64,000 nucleotides of DNA, from contig NC_057757.1 in assembly GCF_004010195.1 (NCBI RefSeq), forward strand, positions 5,129,464 to 5,193,463. The letters are read 5' to 3'. Position 1 is the first letter of the stretch; every line of letters begins with the position of its first letter. The notes under the pieces are model-generated. The model was not told the origin of the DNA. It worked only from the letters and a program-made list of their open reading frames with translations, and did no database searches. The DNA is from Chiloscyllium plagiosum. Lineage: Eukaryota. Positions 37,658-50,339 of the stretch are shown piece after piece. Position numbers and translations under genes: made by a program.

Positions 37658-40600
37658 CTCACCTTAAAACCTACAACCTTTAGTTTTGGACTTCCATAAC
37701 CTGCGGAAAAGACCTTTACTATTCACCCTATCCATTCCCCTCCTGATTTTATAAACCTCTGTAAGGTCACCCCTCATCACTCCAGGGAGAATAGCCCCAG
37801 CTTATTCAGCCCCTCCCTATAGCTCAAACCCTCCAAGCTCAGCAACATCCTCGTGAATCTTTTCTGCACCTTTTCAAGTTTAACAACATCTTTCCTTTGG
37901 CAGGGAGACCAGAACTGAATGCAGTATTCCAAAAGTGGCCTCACCAATATCCTGTATAGCTGTAATTTGGCCTCCTAACTACTACACTCAATGTACTAAA
38001 CAATAAAGGCAAACAAACCGAATGTATTCAATGCTTTGACTAATAAAGACAAGTATCCCTTACGCCGGCTTAACCACCTTAGCTATCAATTCGGTAAAGG
38101 TTGCCTAGCTAGCCTATGGCTTTCTGGGAAAGGGCAATGGATTTGTAACAGGACATCCCAAAATGCTTTGCAGCCAGTGACGATCAATGTAATAATTTGG
38201 AAACGATGACAACCAATTTGTGCACAGCAGGATCCTTAAACAGAGTGATAAATATTGGCACTGTTATATCCCACAGTAATTAACAATTAACAATGCAACT
38301 TAAATCTGACTTGCCTCAGTAATGACAACCTATGTTAATTTTCAGAAAAATCTTGCTCAGTAACCTCCTTTCGGGACGGCATCTCCCAACCTTACATGTG
38401 ACCTCAAACTAACAGCCATGCAGTTGGCTAATTGAAATAAGTTAACATGTTAACCAGTGCAAAGATAATTTCAAATTCCTTGCTAGAGCTGCCTACGTTA
38501 ATCGAATTTAAACTTCCCCAGCCCTTTGGTGGGGATTGACCCTCAAGTCCCCAGAGAATTAGTATGGATTTGTAGCCTGCAGATCAAACCTTATAACAGA
38601 GGTAATTAGACACTCGACAGTAGATTTGTCCTTTCTCTCTGTCAATCTCTCTAACTACACTTTCTTGGTTGCTGATTTTAGAGGGCATTTCATAATCTTC
38701 GTTATCTATCTGTTCTCTGACCCTGGCAAAAGCAAAGCTATTTACTTAACCTTTACAATAGTTAATTGGTCACTCTAGCCTTGTTTATCACACCAATCAC
38801 TGTAGTTATATATTAAGCAGGCATGGTAGATTTTGTTCCAATCTCTCCTCAAAGGGAAATTAGAAAAAGACTTGCATTTATATAGCAACTTTTGACAGTT
38901 CATAGAACTTTAAGAAACCTTTGGAACATTATGGTCATTCAACCCATCAAATTGAGCAGCCGAAAAGAAATAAATTTCGCTGTCCATTTGATCCCATCTT
39001 CTGGTCCATAGCCTTGCAGGCATCAGTGCTTCAGGTCAGATCCAGGTTCATCTTTGATAAGTTTTGGGTTTCTGCGGCAAATTTCAGACAATCACCAGCC
39101 TCTGGGTTAGGTTTCTCCTCATGCCCAGCTACAACACAAATCATGTTAAGTTCATGCCCCCTGATAACTGACCTCTTTACAAGTGGAAATGATTCTTCCC
39201 AGGCCCTCATGATATTGTACACCCCAATTATTACACTCCTCAGCCTCCTCTGTTCTGACTTGAATCTATCCAATCTTTCCTCAACTCCTGTGCTTGACTT
39301 TCAAGCCCTGCTTGTAAATGTCCCCTGTACTCTGCCTAGAGGGCCCTCTAGTGGTGGAGCCCCTATCTGAGATCAGGGAGGCCTGGGGTCAAGTCCCACC
39401 TGCACCAGAGGTGTATCATGACACCTCTGAGTAGGTTGGTTAGTTATTGACTTATTCTACTGGTTTGCAAAAGAGTATACCTCCAGGTCTCTCAGATTAT
39501 ACGGCCCAATTCGAATTATGCCCTCCATTTTATATTGCCTTGCCCTTTCTTCAGACCAAAATGTTTCACTGTTCACTTTGCTGCATTAAATTTCATCTGA
39601 TATACTTGATCCATTTGACGTGCTAAGGGGAAATGGTAGTGTAATGATAACATCAGTGAATGAGTAATTCAAAAGCCCAGCTAATGTTGTGGGTTTAAAT
39701 CCCACCGGTGCAATTTATGGAGTTTCAATCCAGTTAATAAGCAACATTCAGTGATGGTGATGATCAATTGTTGCAAAAACCCCATCTGGCTTGCTAATGC
39801 CCTCAGAGAAGGAAATTTGCCGTCCTTACCCAGTCTGGCCTACACGTGACTCCAGACCCACTGCAGTGGGGTTGACTCTTATTTGCCCTCTGGAATGATT
39901 GTAGCAAACCAGTCAGTTCAAGGGCAATTAGAGATGGACAACAAATCCAGGACTTGCTCGCATCACTCACACCCTAGAAAAGATTGGAGATTTAAAAAGA
40001 CTGTTCTTGAGTCTCATCAAAACGTTAGAAATGCTGGGCTCTTCACCAGATGGGAGCTCTACTATTTACATCATGGATGTGGAGATGGCCAGTTAACTTG
40101 CCTGCCCTGTGAAGGCCACCGATCTGAGTCAGTTATTAATCCACTGTGGTGCTTTCACAAGATCTTCCAAATCTGCTGGCCAGAAGGCAGTCCAACCAGC
40201 AGCAGCATCTCCCAAATCAACTATCTTTTTCTTTATTCATTCATGAGATATGGGCATCACTGACTGGGCAGCATTTTCTGCCCATCCCTAATTGCCCGGA
40301 GGTCAGTTAAGAATCAACTGCATTGCTGTGCAGTCACTTAGGCCAGACCAAGTAGAGATAGCAGTTTCCTTCCCCGGAGGACGTTTTTCCAACAATCAAC
40401 AATGGCTTCCATGGTCATCATTAGACTCTTAATTTAAAAAGAAATTGAATTCAAATTCCACCCCCCCCCCCCCCCCCCCCGAGGAGGTTAAACAAACAGT
40501 CCTGCAGCAAACGCGTGAGTGATCCTTGCCAGAGACCCACCAAGATGGAGAAGGTTCATTCAGGAAAGGGAGACCTCATTGGGAACGTGCAGAGGTAAAG

Positions 40601-40711
40601 ACTGGACATCAGAGGGAGTGCACACCCTACCCCAAAATACTCCGCCCACCTGAACCATCAAACACCCTGAGTGTGCCAGTGTCTGGGTTTACCAGCCAGC
40701 TCACTGGAATG

Positions 40712-41038
40712 ATTAGATTAGATTAGATTAGATTAGATTACAGTGTGGAAACAGGCCCTTCGGCCCAACAAGTCCACACCGACCCGCCGAAGCGAAACCC
40801 ACCCATACCCCTACATTTACCCCTTACCTAACACTACAGGCAATTTAGTATGGCCAATTCACCTGACCCTGCACATCTTTGGATGGTGGGAGGAAACCGG
40901 AGCACCCGGAGGAAACCCACGCAGACACGGGGAGAACGTGCAAACTCCACACAGTCAGTCGCCTGAGGCGGGAATTGAATCCGGGTCTCTGACGCTGTGA
41001 GGCAGCAGTGCTAACCACTGTGCCACCGTGCCGCCCAC
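40712..41038 (-). mobile_element. Full-length young HE1-like tRNA-derived SINE with (TCTAA)n tail
   Basis: gtggcacagtggttagc A box and ggttcaattccc-like B box, CpG retained, gaatg TSD. About 20 relatives, e.g. 5155-5495, 9950-10240, 18048-18362, 21050-21332, 24010-24345, 27371-27682, 35156-35425, 42575-42822, 53338-53635, 55441-55730, 56248-56502, 59972-60255, 60288-60580. Confidence 0.88.
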
Positions 41039-41518
41039 GAATGGGAGCAAGTCATTTGTGAACATGAAGACCTTCCTGAAAGGAACAAGGTCCAATCCAC
41101 TGAAGCCAATCGCAGATCAACTGTTTGTTTTAGCTTCGGATCACTGGCTGGTTTGCATTTTCCATTAAAGTTAAAAAACATTCTTTATCTGTGGATAGAG
41201 GTATTTCCAGTAAATTGATGCACAGTATGACACAGCTGGAGTAGGATGCCAACTAGCAAACAAACACTTGAAATGAGAGGCTTTAATCACTGATTAATGA
41301 ATATTCACTGTGTCTATAGTTGGACAACAGCCATTGTGGGGGTAGCACGGGTGACTCAATGGTTAGCACTGCTATCCCATAGCATCAGGCACCCGGGTAC
41401 GATCCCAGCCTTGGGAGATCGCCCTGTGTCTGCATGGGTTTCCTCCATGGATGCTCTGGTTTCCTCCCACAGTTCTAAGGGTGTGCAGGTTAGGTGGGTT
41501 GGCTGTGTTAAATTGCAA

Positions 41519-41735
41519 AAGTGAGGACTGTAGATTAGAGTGGTGCTGGAAAAGCACAGTAGGTCTGGCAGCATCCGAGGAGCAGGAAAATCGACATTTG
41601 GGCAAAAGCCCTTCATCAGGAATAGAGCTGATTGGAATATTCCTGATGAAGGGCTTTTGCCCAAAACGTCAATTTTCCTGCTCCTCGAATGCTGCCAGAC
41701 CTGCTGTGCTTTTCCAGCACCACTCTAATCTTGAC
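41519..41735. mobile_element. Palindromic Penelope-derived hammerhead element inserted in a SINE
   Basis: About 90-bp inverted arms (about 41534-41623 / 41639-41729) with cttcatcagg / cctgatgaag at the centre; interrupts the SINE at aattgc. Confidence 0.8.
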
Positions 41736-42957
41736 TGTCCAATTGCCCATAATGTCCAAGGATGTGTGGGCTAGGTACAGGGGGTGGGATGCTCTGCAGA
41801 GGGTTGATGCAGACTTGATGAGCCAAATGGCACTGTAGGCTGTTTTTACTACAGCTTGCCAAAGACTCTTATGAATCTACCCTGTGCACCTTGTTACTGT
41901 TCCTTCTTTTCCTTGTTGTCACATTTTTTGCAAGATGTAGCTCTTTGAGAAAGTTTACAAAATAACAAATCGCCTGACCGCTAAGCAGATGCAATCTCAG
42001 AGTGCCTAAAGCTTCCTTTGTCGCAGTCCCAATCATAGGGCACTAGCAACCTTTTGGACTCAAGATCGTATTAATTCTTGCAAACCTCAAGCTGATTTTA
42101 CTATCAGGCCGGCAGCATGCAAACCAAGCCTTTCAGATCTCCAGCTTCTAACAGGAGTTAGGAATTTGATTGGAAACGAAACTGTGGGGATTGGCCTTTA
42201 TAGGTGGTAGTCAAGGTACTGAGTTGGATAACCAGACATGATCATATTGAACGGTGGAGCAGGCTCTCAGGACCATATGCTCTACCCCTGCTTCTATGCT
42301 CAACACTGATAACTTAACAACCTTCATTACCAGCAGCACCCTTAACATACCAGCTCATTAATGTATAAAGTGTCAATGGGGGAGCACTTTGGGACAATTC
42401 TATTAGTTTTAAAATAGTTATGGAAAAGAACAGAACTGATTAAAAAGTTGAAGTTCTAAATTAGAGTAAGGCTAATTTTGATGGTATTGGACAGGACCTT
42501 TCAAAAATTCATTGGGGGAGGCTATTCACAGGTAAAGGGATGATTGGGGAGTGAGAGGCTTTTAAAAGACCTAGGTGGCATGGTGACTCAGAGGTTAGCA
42601 CTACTACCTCACAGCACCAGGGTCGGGTGACTGTCTGTGTGGAGTTTGCACATTCTCTCCTCCCACAGTCCAAGGATGAGCAAGTCAGGTGAATTGGCCA
42701 TGCTAAATAACCCGTAGTGCATTAGTCAGAGGGAAATGGGTCTGGGTGGGTTACTCTTCGGAGGGTCGGTGTGGACCGGTTGGGCCAAAGGACCTGTTTC
42801 CACACTGTAGGGAATCTAATGTAATACCTATAACATAATTCAGCTAACATCCCCCCCCCCCATGCAACCAACCTTTCTTCGACATGATACCCTTTACGTA
42901 CATAAACACACACGTGGCCCAATGAATTGGGAGCAATGGTAGGCCATTAGGCCCTTT

Positions 42958-43112
42958 GACGTTTCGGGCACAGGCCCTTCTTCAGATTCCTGAAGAAGGG
43001 CCTGTGCCCGAAACGTCGAATCTCCTGTTCCCTGGATGCTGCCTGACCTGCTGTGCTGTTCCAGCAATAAAGTTTCAACTTTGATCTCCAGCATCTGCAG
43101 ACCTCACTTTCT
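42958..43112 (+). mobile_element. Short Penelope-derived hammerhead element with inverted hammerhead copy
   Basis: 14-bp TSD ccattaggcccttt (42944-42957 / 43113-43126). Confidence 0.82.
42984..43023 (+). ncRNA. Minimal type I hammerhead ribozyme motif
   Basis: Stem I agattc/gaatct; CUGAAGA core; stem II gggc-ctgt-gccc; GAAAC-GUC with palindromic ACGU and no stem III loop (dimer-type). Confidence 0.7.
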
Positions 43113-43914
43113 CCATTAGGCCCTTTAAGCTTGCTTACTTTTCAGTAAGATCCTGGATGCTCTGTCTTAACACTATTTTCCCCCTCCATCTCCCCATAAC
43201 CCTTGACCCTCTTGTCGGTCAAGAATCTATTGACATCTGCCTTAAAAATAATTAATGAGTCCTGTCTCTACCGCTCTCTGGGGAAGACAGCTCCAAAGAC
43301 TCGGAGCCGTGATCTTGTTGAATAGCAAAGCATTCTTGAGGGACCAGATGGCCTACCCCTGGGTCCTATTTCTTGTCTACTTATATAAAACCTTTCCTGA
43401 CAAGATAACCATTCCCATCCCAGGATCTGTTGCGTGAACATTCTCTGAACTGTATTTAATATAAATTATTCCTTTCTTAATTGAGGAGACCAAAATTGTA
43501 TAGAGTACTTTACATGTGGTCTCACCAATGTCCTGTATGGCCATAGCAAAACATCTCTGCATTTATATTGCATCCCCCTTGCAATAATCGACAATATTCC
43601 AGGAACACACATGCAGGAATAGCTCCCTAAGGTTGCTCTGCCATCAGTAAGATCATGGCTGATCCCGTGGCCTAACTCTAAATGCCTGCCTTGGGTCCAT
43701 AGCCCTTGCTTAATAAAAATGTCTATCTCGGATTTAAATTCAACAAATGAATTAGCATCGACTGCCATTTGAGGAAGAGACTTCCCAACTTATACCACCT
43801 TTTGTGTGTTGAAGTGTTTTCTAACATCCCTCCTGAATGTTCTGGCCCTAATTCTTAGACCATGTCTCCTGGTTCTAGAATCTTAAATCAGTGCAAATAG
43901 TTTACCTTTATCTA

Positions 43915-44250
43915 TGTCAAAAAGTGTGCAGCTGGAAAAAACTCAGCCAGTCAGGCAGCATCTGAGGAGCAGGAGAGTCAACATTTCAAGCAAATCACAA
44001 TAGCAAGGTAACCTTGCAAAGTGGGTCACACTGGTTCTGCTGGCAGTCACCATGAGAGCTTTTGAAGGGCTCCCAAGGGTCCTCTGTGTTCTTTATATGA
44101 TGTGAGCATCATTGACATGATTCCTGATGAAGAGCTTTTGCCCGAAACATCGACCCTCCTGCTCCTTGGATGCTGCCTGACCGGCTGTGCTTTTCCAGCG
44201 CCACACTTTTTGACTCTGATCTCCAGCATCTGCAGCCCTCACTCTCTCCA
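43915..44250 (+). mobile_element. Fold-back Penelope-derived element containing a captured genomic fragment
   Basis: Inverted arms (about 43915-43990 / 44140-44215); hammerhead ctgatgaagagcttttgcccgaaac at about 44124-44148. Confidence 0.75.
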
Positions 44251-44618
44251 TGGTCTTTCCCTGTTAATACCCTGATGACCTCAATTGGATCACCCTTAAC
44301 CTTCTAAATTCAAGAGAATAAAAGCCTAATTTGTCTAATCTCTCTTCATGAGTTAAGCTTGAAGTTGAGGTATTGTCCTTGTAAACCTATGTTGAACTCC
44401 CTCCAAAGCCCAAATATCCCTCCTATGGTGCAGTGTCAGTGCTCCAAGGATGCTCAATCTAGGGTTTTGTATGACTGCAGCACAACTTCTGCACCCCTAC
44501 ACTCCAGCCTTTTAGATTAGATTCTCTACAGTACGGAAACAGGCCCTTCAGCCCAAAAGGTCCGCAGCAACCCTCCAAAGAGTAACCCACCCAGACCCAT
44601 TCCCCTACCCTATATATA

Positions 44619-44982
44619 CAGTAGCACCTCAACATACGAACGACCCCATTCAAGAACAAGTCAGTTTACGAATAGGATTGTACGTAAAATATTGCTTCAA
44701 TGTACATATGAAATTCAAGGCACGAACGAAGGTACGAATGCAAAAATCCCGTGTGCGACCACCTGGTTTCATTGTTCTGCTTTGCTATGCGCTTGTTGAA
44801 CGCAAAAGCTCTCGGGCCCCGTGTGATCTCATTCAGTTCGTCTTTGGCGGGTGCGCTGTGAACAGCCATCCAAGCATTCTTACGCTATCCGAAAAATGGG
44901 AAAAATTTATTCAGTTTGCGAACTTTTCGGTTCACGAACCAGGTCCCAGAACGGATTAAGTTCATAAGTCAAGGCGCTACTG
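44619..44982. mobile_element. Tc1/mariner (Tigger-like) MITE, 364 bp, inserted in a SINE
   Basis: Imperfect 23-bp TIRs cagtagcacctcaacatacgaac / gttcataagtcaaggcgctactg flanked by TA on both sides. Confidence 0.8.
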
Positions 44983-47284
44983 TACCTCTAACTAATGGAC
45001 CTAACACTATGGGCAATTTAGCATGGCCAATTCACTTGGCCAGCTCAACTTTGGATTGTGGGAAGAAACCAGAGCACCCGGAGGAAACCCATGCAGACAC
45101 GGGGAGAGTGTACAAACTCCACACAGACAGTCACCCGAGGCTAGAATCGAACCCGGTCCCTGAGGCAGCAGTGCTAACCACTGAGCCAGCATGCTGCCCC
45201 AAAACCCCTTTACAAACTCCACACAGACAGTCACCCGAGGCTAGAATCGAACCCGGGTCCCTGAGGCAGCAGTGCTAACCACTGAGCCAGCATGCTGCCC
45301 CAAAACCCCTTTAGATTTGCAGGCCAGCATTCCATTAGCCCTCTTGACTGTTTTCTGTGCCTGTTTTGTGGCATTTTAGAGTTAGGCACCTGAATCCTCC
45401 AAATCTCACTGGACACCCGGTGTATTTGATTCAGTATCTTCGAGGAAATACCCTGATTGTTCCTCCCTCAGTCTGAAATGGATGATCTTGCGCCTGCTTG
45501 CATTAACAACCATCTGCCATAGCTCTGCCCATTCACCTAATCACATCAATATTTTGATGGAATTTTATGCTGCTGCCAATACTGTGTGTAATGCTGCCCA
45601 GTTGATGCCACCTGCAAACTCAACAACCCTACATTTGGTCCCTCCATCCAAATGATTGGTATAGTTCACAAATATCATATTAGGTATAATCATACTGGCC
45701 TGAAAATTACTTATCTATGCATCTTCATTGCTTCCTGTTCACCCAACCAATCCTTTGCTCATGCTAATACGTTACCCCCAACACCATGAGCTCTTATTCT
45801 GTGTAGTCACTACACTCCCTTGTCTTGGGTTTAAGTCATTCATAAGAATCATAGAGTCCCTACATTGTAAAGCATGCCATTCGGCCCATTGGGTCTGCAC
45901 CGACCCTCCAAAGAGCACCCCACCCAGACCCTACCCCTGCATTTCCCATGGCCAATCCACCCTAACCTGCAGATCTTTGCACTGTCGGAGGAACAAGGAG
46001 CACCCAAAGGAAACCCATGCAGACGATGGGGAGAACGTGCAAACCCCATACAGTCATTTGCCTGTGTGAAACAGGAGCCAGAGCAAAGCAAGATGGCTAT
46101 AGCACTTATGGAATCAGTCCCTTATTTGGAAAAGAAGGAAGGGTAACATTCCAGGCTGTTGGGATTGCTCCAATTAACAAGATGGATTTACAGATATTGA
46201 GTTGGCATCTTCTGTGCCATGCCTCTCAGAGTGAAACCAGTCTCCTGCAACTGTCTTCACAGTTAAGGGTCTATTTATTCTATTCCAAAATCCATCGATA
46301 AGCCATGGTTATAACAATAGGTGTTCAGGAATGAAGGTAGAGACAGTCGACAACTTGACCTGAAGGACACCTGATGGGTTTTTACAGTAATTGACGATAC
46401 TGTTATAATCACCATGACTGAGAAACCAGATTTCGTTCACTGAATTTAAATTCCACATGGCTGCTGTGGTGTATTGGGATCTGAAACTGCTTTAGCAGTG
46501 GCCAATATGACATTACCAATATGCCAACACCTACTGATCAATTACCAACTGCACTCCTGCGTTCTGACCTTTCGAGGTGGGCAGTGGCTTGGACTTGCCA
46601 TTAACTCTTCGATAATATCTGAAAGCTTCTGCTTGTGTTTTTGCCTCCCCATGTTCTCAGGAGAGAGTCCAAGACATTTGTTAATTGAATAGCCAGGCTA
46701 ATGGTATATTGACGAATGGTCTCTGGGTAAATAGCACCTGTGTTCCAGGTATCTTTTCTGTCAGTGCTTTCTCCAGCGATTGGCTGACTGAAGTGAAAAC
46801 TATGTTCCTTCAAGTTTTCAAAATAGGCAGAGTATAGACCATACTTAACCACCCCGTGCTTGTAAAAGATAAAACAAATGCAAGGCATTAGATATGATTC
46901 TGTGATCGGGCATCCCATGCTGAATAGTTCCAAGTGCGCCAACAGCCCCGCTATCAAACAAATATATTCTTGTATTAAACTGATGGGTGCAAAATGAGAA
47001 GTTTCAGAAACATCTCTCTCTTTCCAGCAATATTTCCTTTTTGTTTTAAAATTCCAACATGGCTAAAGAAGGACGTAACGTTGAACTTTTAACTTTATTT
47101 TTTCTCTACTGGGTACCAAAAGTGACGCTAGGAATGCGAACATTCCACTGCACTGCTGTATCATTGGGCTTCAGCACATGTGACAATAAAACCTAATTCT
47201 GCATTATCTGTTCCCCTTAATATCTTGAACATGAGAGGGGGAAGTGGCAGTATTGGCATTGTGGTAATGTTAGTAATCCTGAGG

Positions 47285-47458
47285 AGAAAGTGAGGACTGC
47301 AGATGCTGGAGATCAGAGCTGAAAAATGTGTTGCTGGAAAAGCACAGCAGGTCAGGCAGCATCCATTCCTGAAGAAGAGCTTATGCCCGAAACGTCGATT
47401 CTCCTGCTCCTTGGATGCTGCCTAACCTACTGCACTTTTCCAGCAACACATTTTTCAA
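47285..47458. mobile_element. Palindromic Penelope-derived hammerhead element
   Basis: 15-bp TSD ttagtaatcctgagg (47270-47284 / 47459-47473); ctgaagaagagcttatgcccgaaacgtcg. Confidence 0.8.
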
Positions 47459-47651
47459 TTAGTAATCCTGAGGCCCAGGTTAAAACTCTGAAGAGTATTA
47501 GGGATGGAAACCTGCTGTCTTTATCTGACCTGGCACATATGTACCTCCAGGCCCACAACGATGAGGCTGACTTCAACTGCTCTCTGAAGTGAACCCTCAG
47601 CTCAAGGGGCAATTAAGGATGGGCAACATACGCTGGTCCAGGTCAGTGATG

Positions 47652-47765
47652 GGTGAAAATGAGGACTGCAGATGCTAGAGATTAGATTGGAAAAGCACAG
47701 CAGGTCAGGCAGCATCCGAGGAGCAGGAAAATTGACATTTCGGGCAAAACCCTTTCATCAGGAAT
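47652..47765 (-). mobile_element. Penelope-derived hammerhead-bearing terminal fragment
   Basis: gaggactgcagatgct...tttcgggcaaaaccctttcatcagg; same family as the others. Confidence 0.7.
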
Positions 47766-48929
47766 CATGCCCACATCACATGAAGGAACCGTGGAAACCC
47801 TGCAAAAGCTCTCAGCGTGACTGCCAGCAGAACCACATTGCAAGGTTATCTTGCTAGTGTGATCTGCCCCTCAGATTACCCAATGGAGGTCCACCAAGAT
47901 AAGTAGGAAATCCTTTTACAGGAATTGGGTAGCTCTGGCAAGGCCAATATTTGTTGCCCTCCCAAATCAGAGTGGCTCACCACGCCATTTACCGGCCTAC
48001 CCATTTGCTGTGGGTCTGAAGTCACATGTAGGCAAAATCAGGGAAGGACAGCAGATTTCTTTCTCTAAAGGGCATTAGTGAACCACATAGATTTTAAACA
48101 ACAACTGATGATACAGTCATAGAGGTCTGCAGCATGGAAACAGGCCCTTCGGCCCAACTTATCCATGTTGCCCAGGTTTCACAATTAATTAGTTCTATTT
48201 GCCTGCGTTTGGTCCATACCCCTCCATACCTTTCCCATCCATGTATCTACCTAAATGTTTCTTAAACAATGATATTGTACTTGTCTCCACCACTACTTCT
48301 GGCAGTCTTCTCCAGGCACTCACCACCCTCTGTGCGGTGGTTGTCTTGATGGTCATCATGCTGACCATTACTGAGACTAGCTACATACAATTCCCAGACG
48401 CACTCATTGAACTGAAGTTTCACCAGCTGCCAAATATTAACCACCACATTGCTTTGGGACTGGAGTGACACCTAGGTCAGACCAGGTAAGGACAACAGAT
48501 TTCTGTCCCTAAAGGACATTTGTGAACTATATGATTTTTTTTAATGACCGTTGTCATGGCTCATCATGCCGGATTTTATGAAATGCATTTAAATTTCACC
48601 TGCTGCTGTGTTGGGATTATGAATTTACATCCCCAGAATATTAGTCTAGACCTGTGGATTATTAACCCCCTCAAATTAAACTGCATAAATATAGAGGACT
48701 AACTGTTACTATCTCTAAGCCATTGGAGTTTTGTGGCCATATCTGAGCACCATGGGTGAGGAAGGATGACAAGCCTTTGAAGGGGGTGCAGAGAGGTACC
48801 ATTAATGAGGGACTTTGACTATATGGAGAAACACCAAAAGTTGAGTTTTGGCAGGACCCTGAACAATATGGATGTAAAGAGGGATCTTGAGGTTCAAGAC
48901 CATACCACCCTGAAAGTGGCCACACAGGT

Positions 48930-49520
48930 ATCTTTACCACAGGGTGGTAAAGAAGGCCTTTGACATGCTTGCACTTATTGATCAGAGAATTGAGTACAAG
49001 AGTCAGGATGTCATGTTGTACCTTTATAAGACTTCAGCTCAGCCACACTTGCGTTCAATTCTGGTCGCCACATTACAGGAAAGATGCAGAGGCTTTGGGA
49101 AAGGTGCAGAAAAGCATGTGGCCTAGATTAGAGGGTATGAGCTATAAGGAGAGGCTAGAAAAACTCAGGTTGTTTTCTCTGGAGCAGCAGCAGCTGAGGG
49201 GAGGCTTGATAGAAATCCATAAAATTAAGAGAGGAACAGATAGGGTTGACAGTCAGAATCTTTTTCCTGGAGTTGAAATGTCTAATACCAGGGGGTATGC
49301 ATTTACGGTGAGAGGGGGAAGGCTCAAAGGAGATGTGAGGGGCAAGTTTTTTTATACAGAGGGAGGTAGGAGTCTGGAACACATTGCGGGATGGCGGTGG
49401 AGAAGGATATGATAGGAACATTTATGGGGCTTTTAGATAAGCACATGAACATGCAAGGAATGGAGGGATATGGACCAAGGACAGGCAGAAGGGATTAGTT
49501 TCATTTGGCACATGGTTGGG
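48930..49520 (+). mobile_element. CR1 3' fragment
   Basis: CVQFWSPHYRKD...ERLEKLRLFSLE. Confidence 0.8.
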
Positions 49521-50100
49521 CATGGTGGTGGTGGGGGGGGGTGCATTCCTATGCTTTACTGTTCCACACTTCCTGCAACAGGGGAAACCAACGGGTGATT
49601 TAACTGAGGTCTTGAAAATTGTGAGGGCTTTTGATAGAATAACCAAGGAGAGATTGTTTCCACTTGCAAGGGGATCAGTAACCATAGGGACAGAGTTTCC
49701 AATCAATGGCAAGTAATCCAGACTCGAGATAAGGCCAATTTCTTTTTTTTTTAAAAGCGGTGAGTGGTTGTGATCTGGAATGCACTGCCTGAAAGGGCGG
49801 TGGGTGCAGATTCAATAGGAACTTTCAGAAGGGGAATCAGAGAAATCAATAAAAAAGGAAAATATTACTCTGAGGCTCTGGGAACACAACAAGGGGAGAG
49901 AGGGTGACTGATGAGTTCTGAGCTGGCACAAGTTGGCTGGGCTTCCGTTGGCTTCCGTCTATGCTGTGTGACTCAATGGTAGAATTAAAATACCTTTTCC
50001 CTGACATGAATTTTCAAGCTAGTATTTCCAAGTTGTTGCTATACGACAGGAAGTACAAAATTAGAGACAATTTCTCATCCAGCAGAAAATCCTTTGTTAC

Positions 50101-50229
50101 CTCTCTGAAATTTTGAAGTGATCACGTCCAGGCTGAAGCTAATGGTGGCCATGAACATACCCAGCAGGAAAAGAAAAATCCAATCCTCTCCGAATTTCAG
50201 GATCTGCTTCCGTACTGATAGTATGAACG
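50101..50229 (-). CDS. clcnk: ClC-K coding exon 2 (129 nt; ...KFGEDWIFLFLLG..., helix B)
   Basis: ttccattacag acceptor and G|gtaac donor. GEDW is a CLC motif. The size matches the 129-nt human CLCNK exon (recalled). Confidence 0.95.
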
Positions 50230-50339
50230 CTGTAATGGAACAGTACACATCAAAGCCAGGATCAGCTCCCAGACCATTATCAAACTTCAGGGCTCTTGTC
50301 AATTGAAATGCTGCATTGAGCAATGCTTGGACCATTCAC

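Noticed and set aside
40960..41038. tRNA genes
   Set aside because: The A/B-box tRNA-like heads continue into SINE bodies and tails; they are SINEs, not tRNAs.
46601..46957. 118-aa intronic ORF in unique sequence
   Set aside because: No motif or exon structure; consistent with chance.
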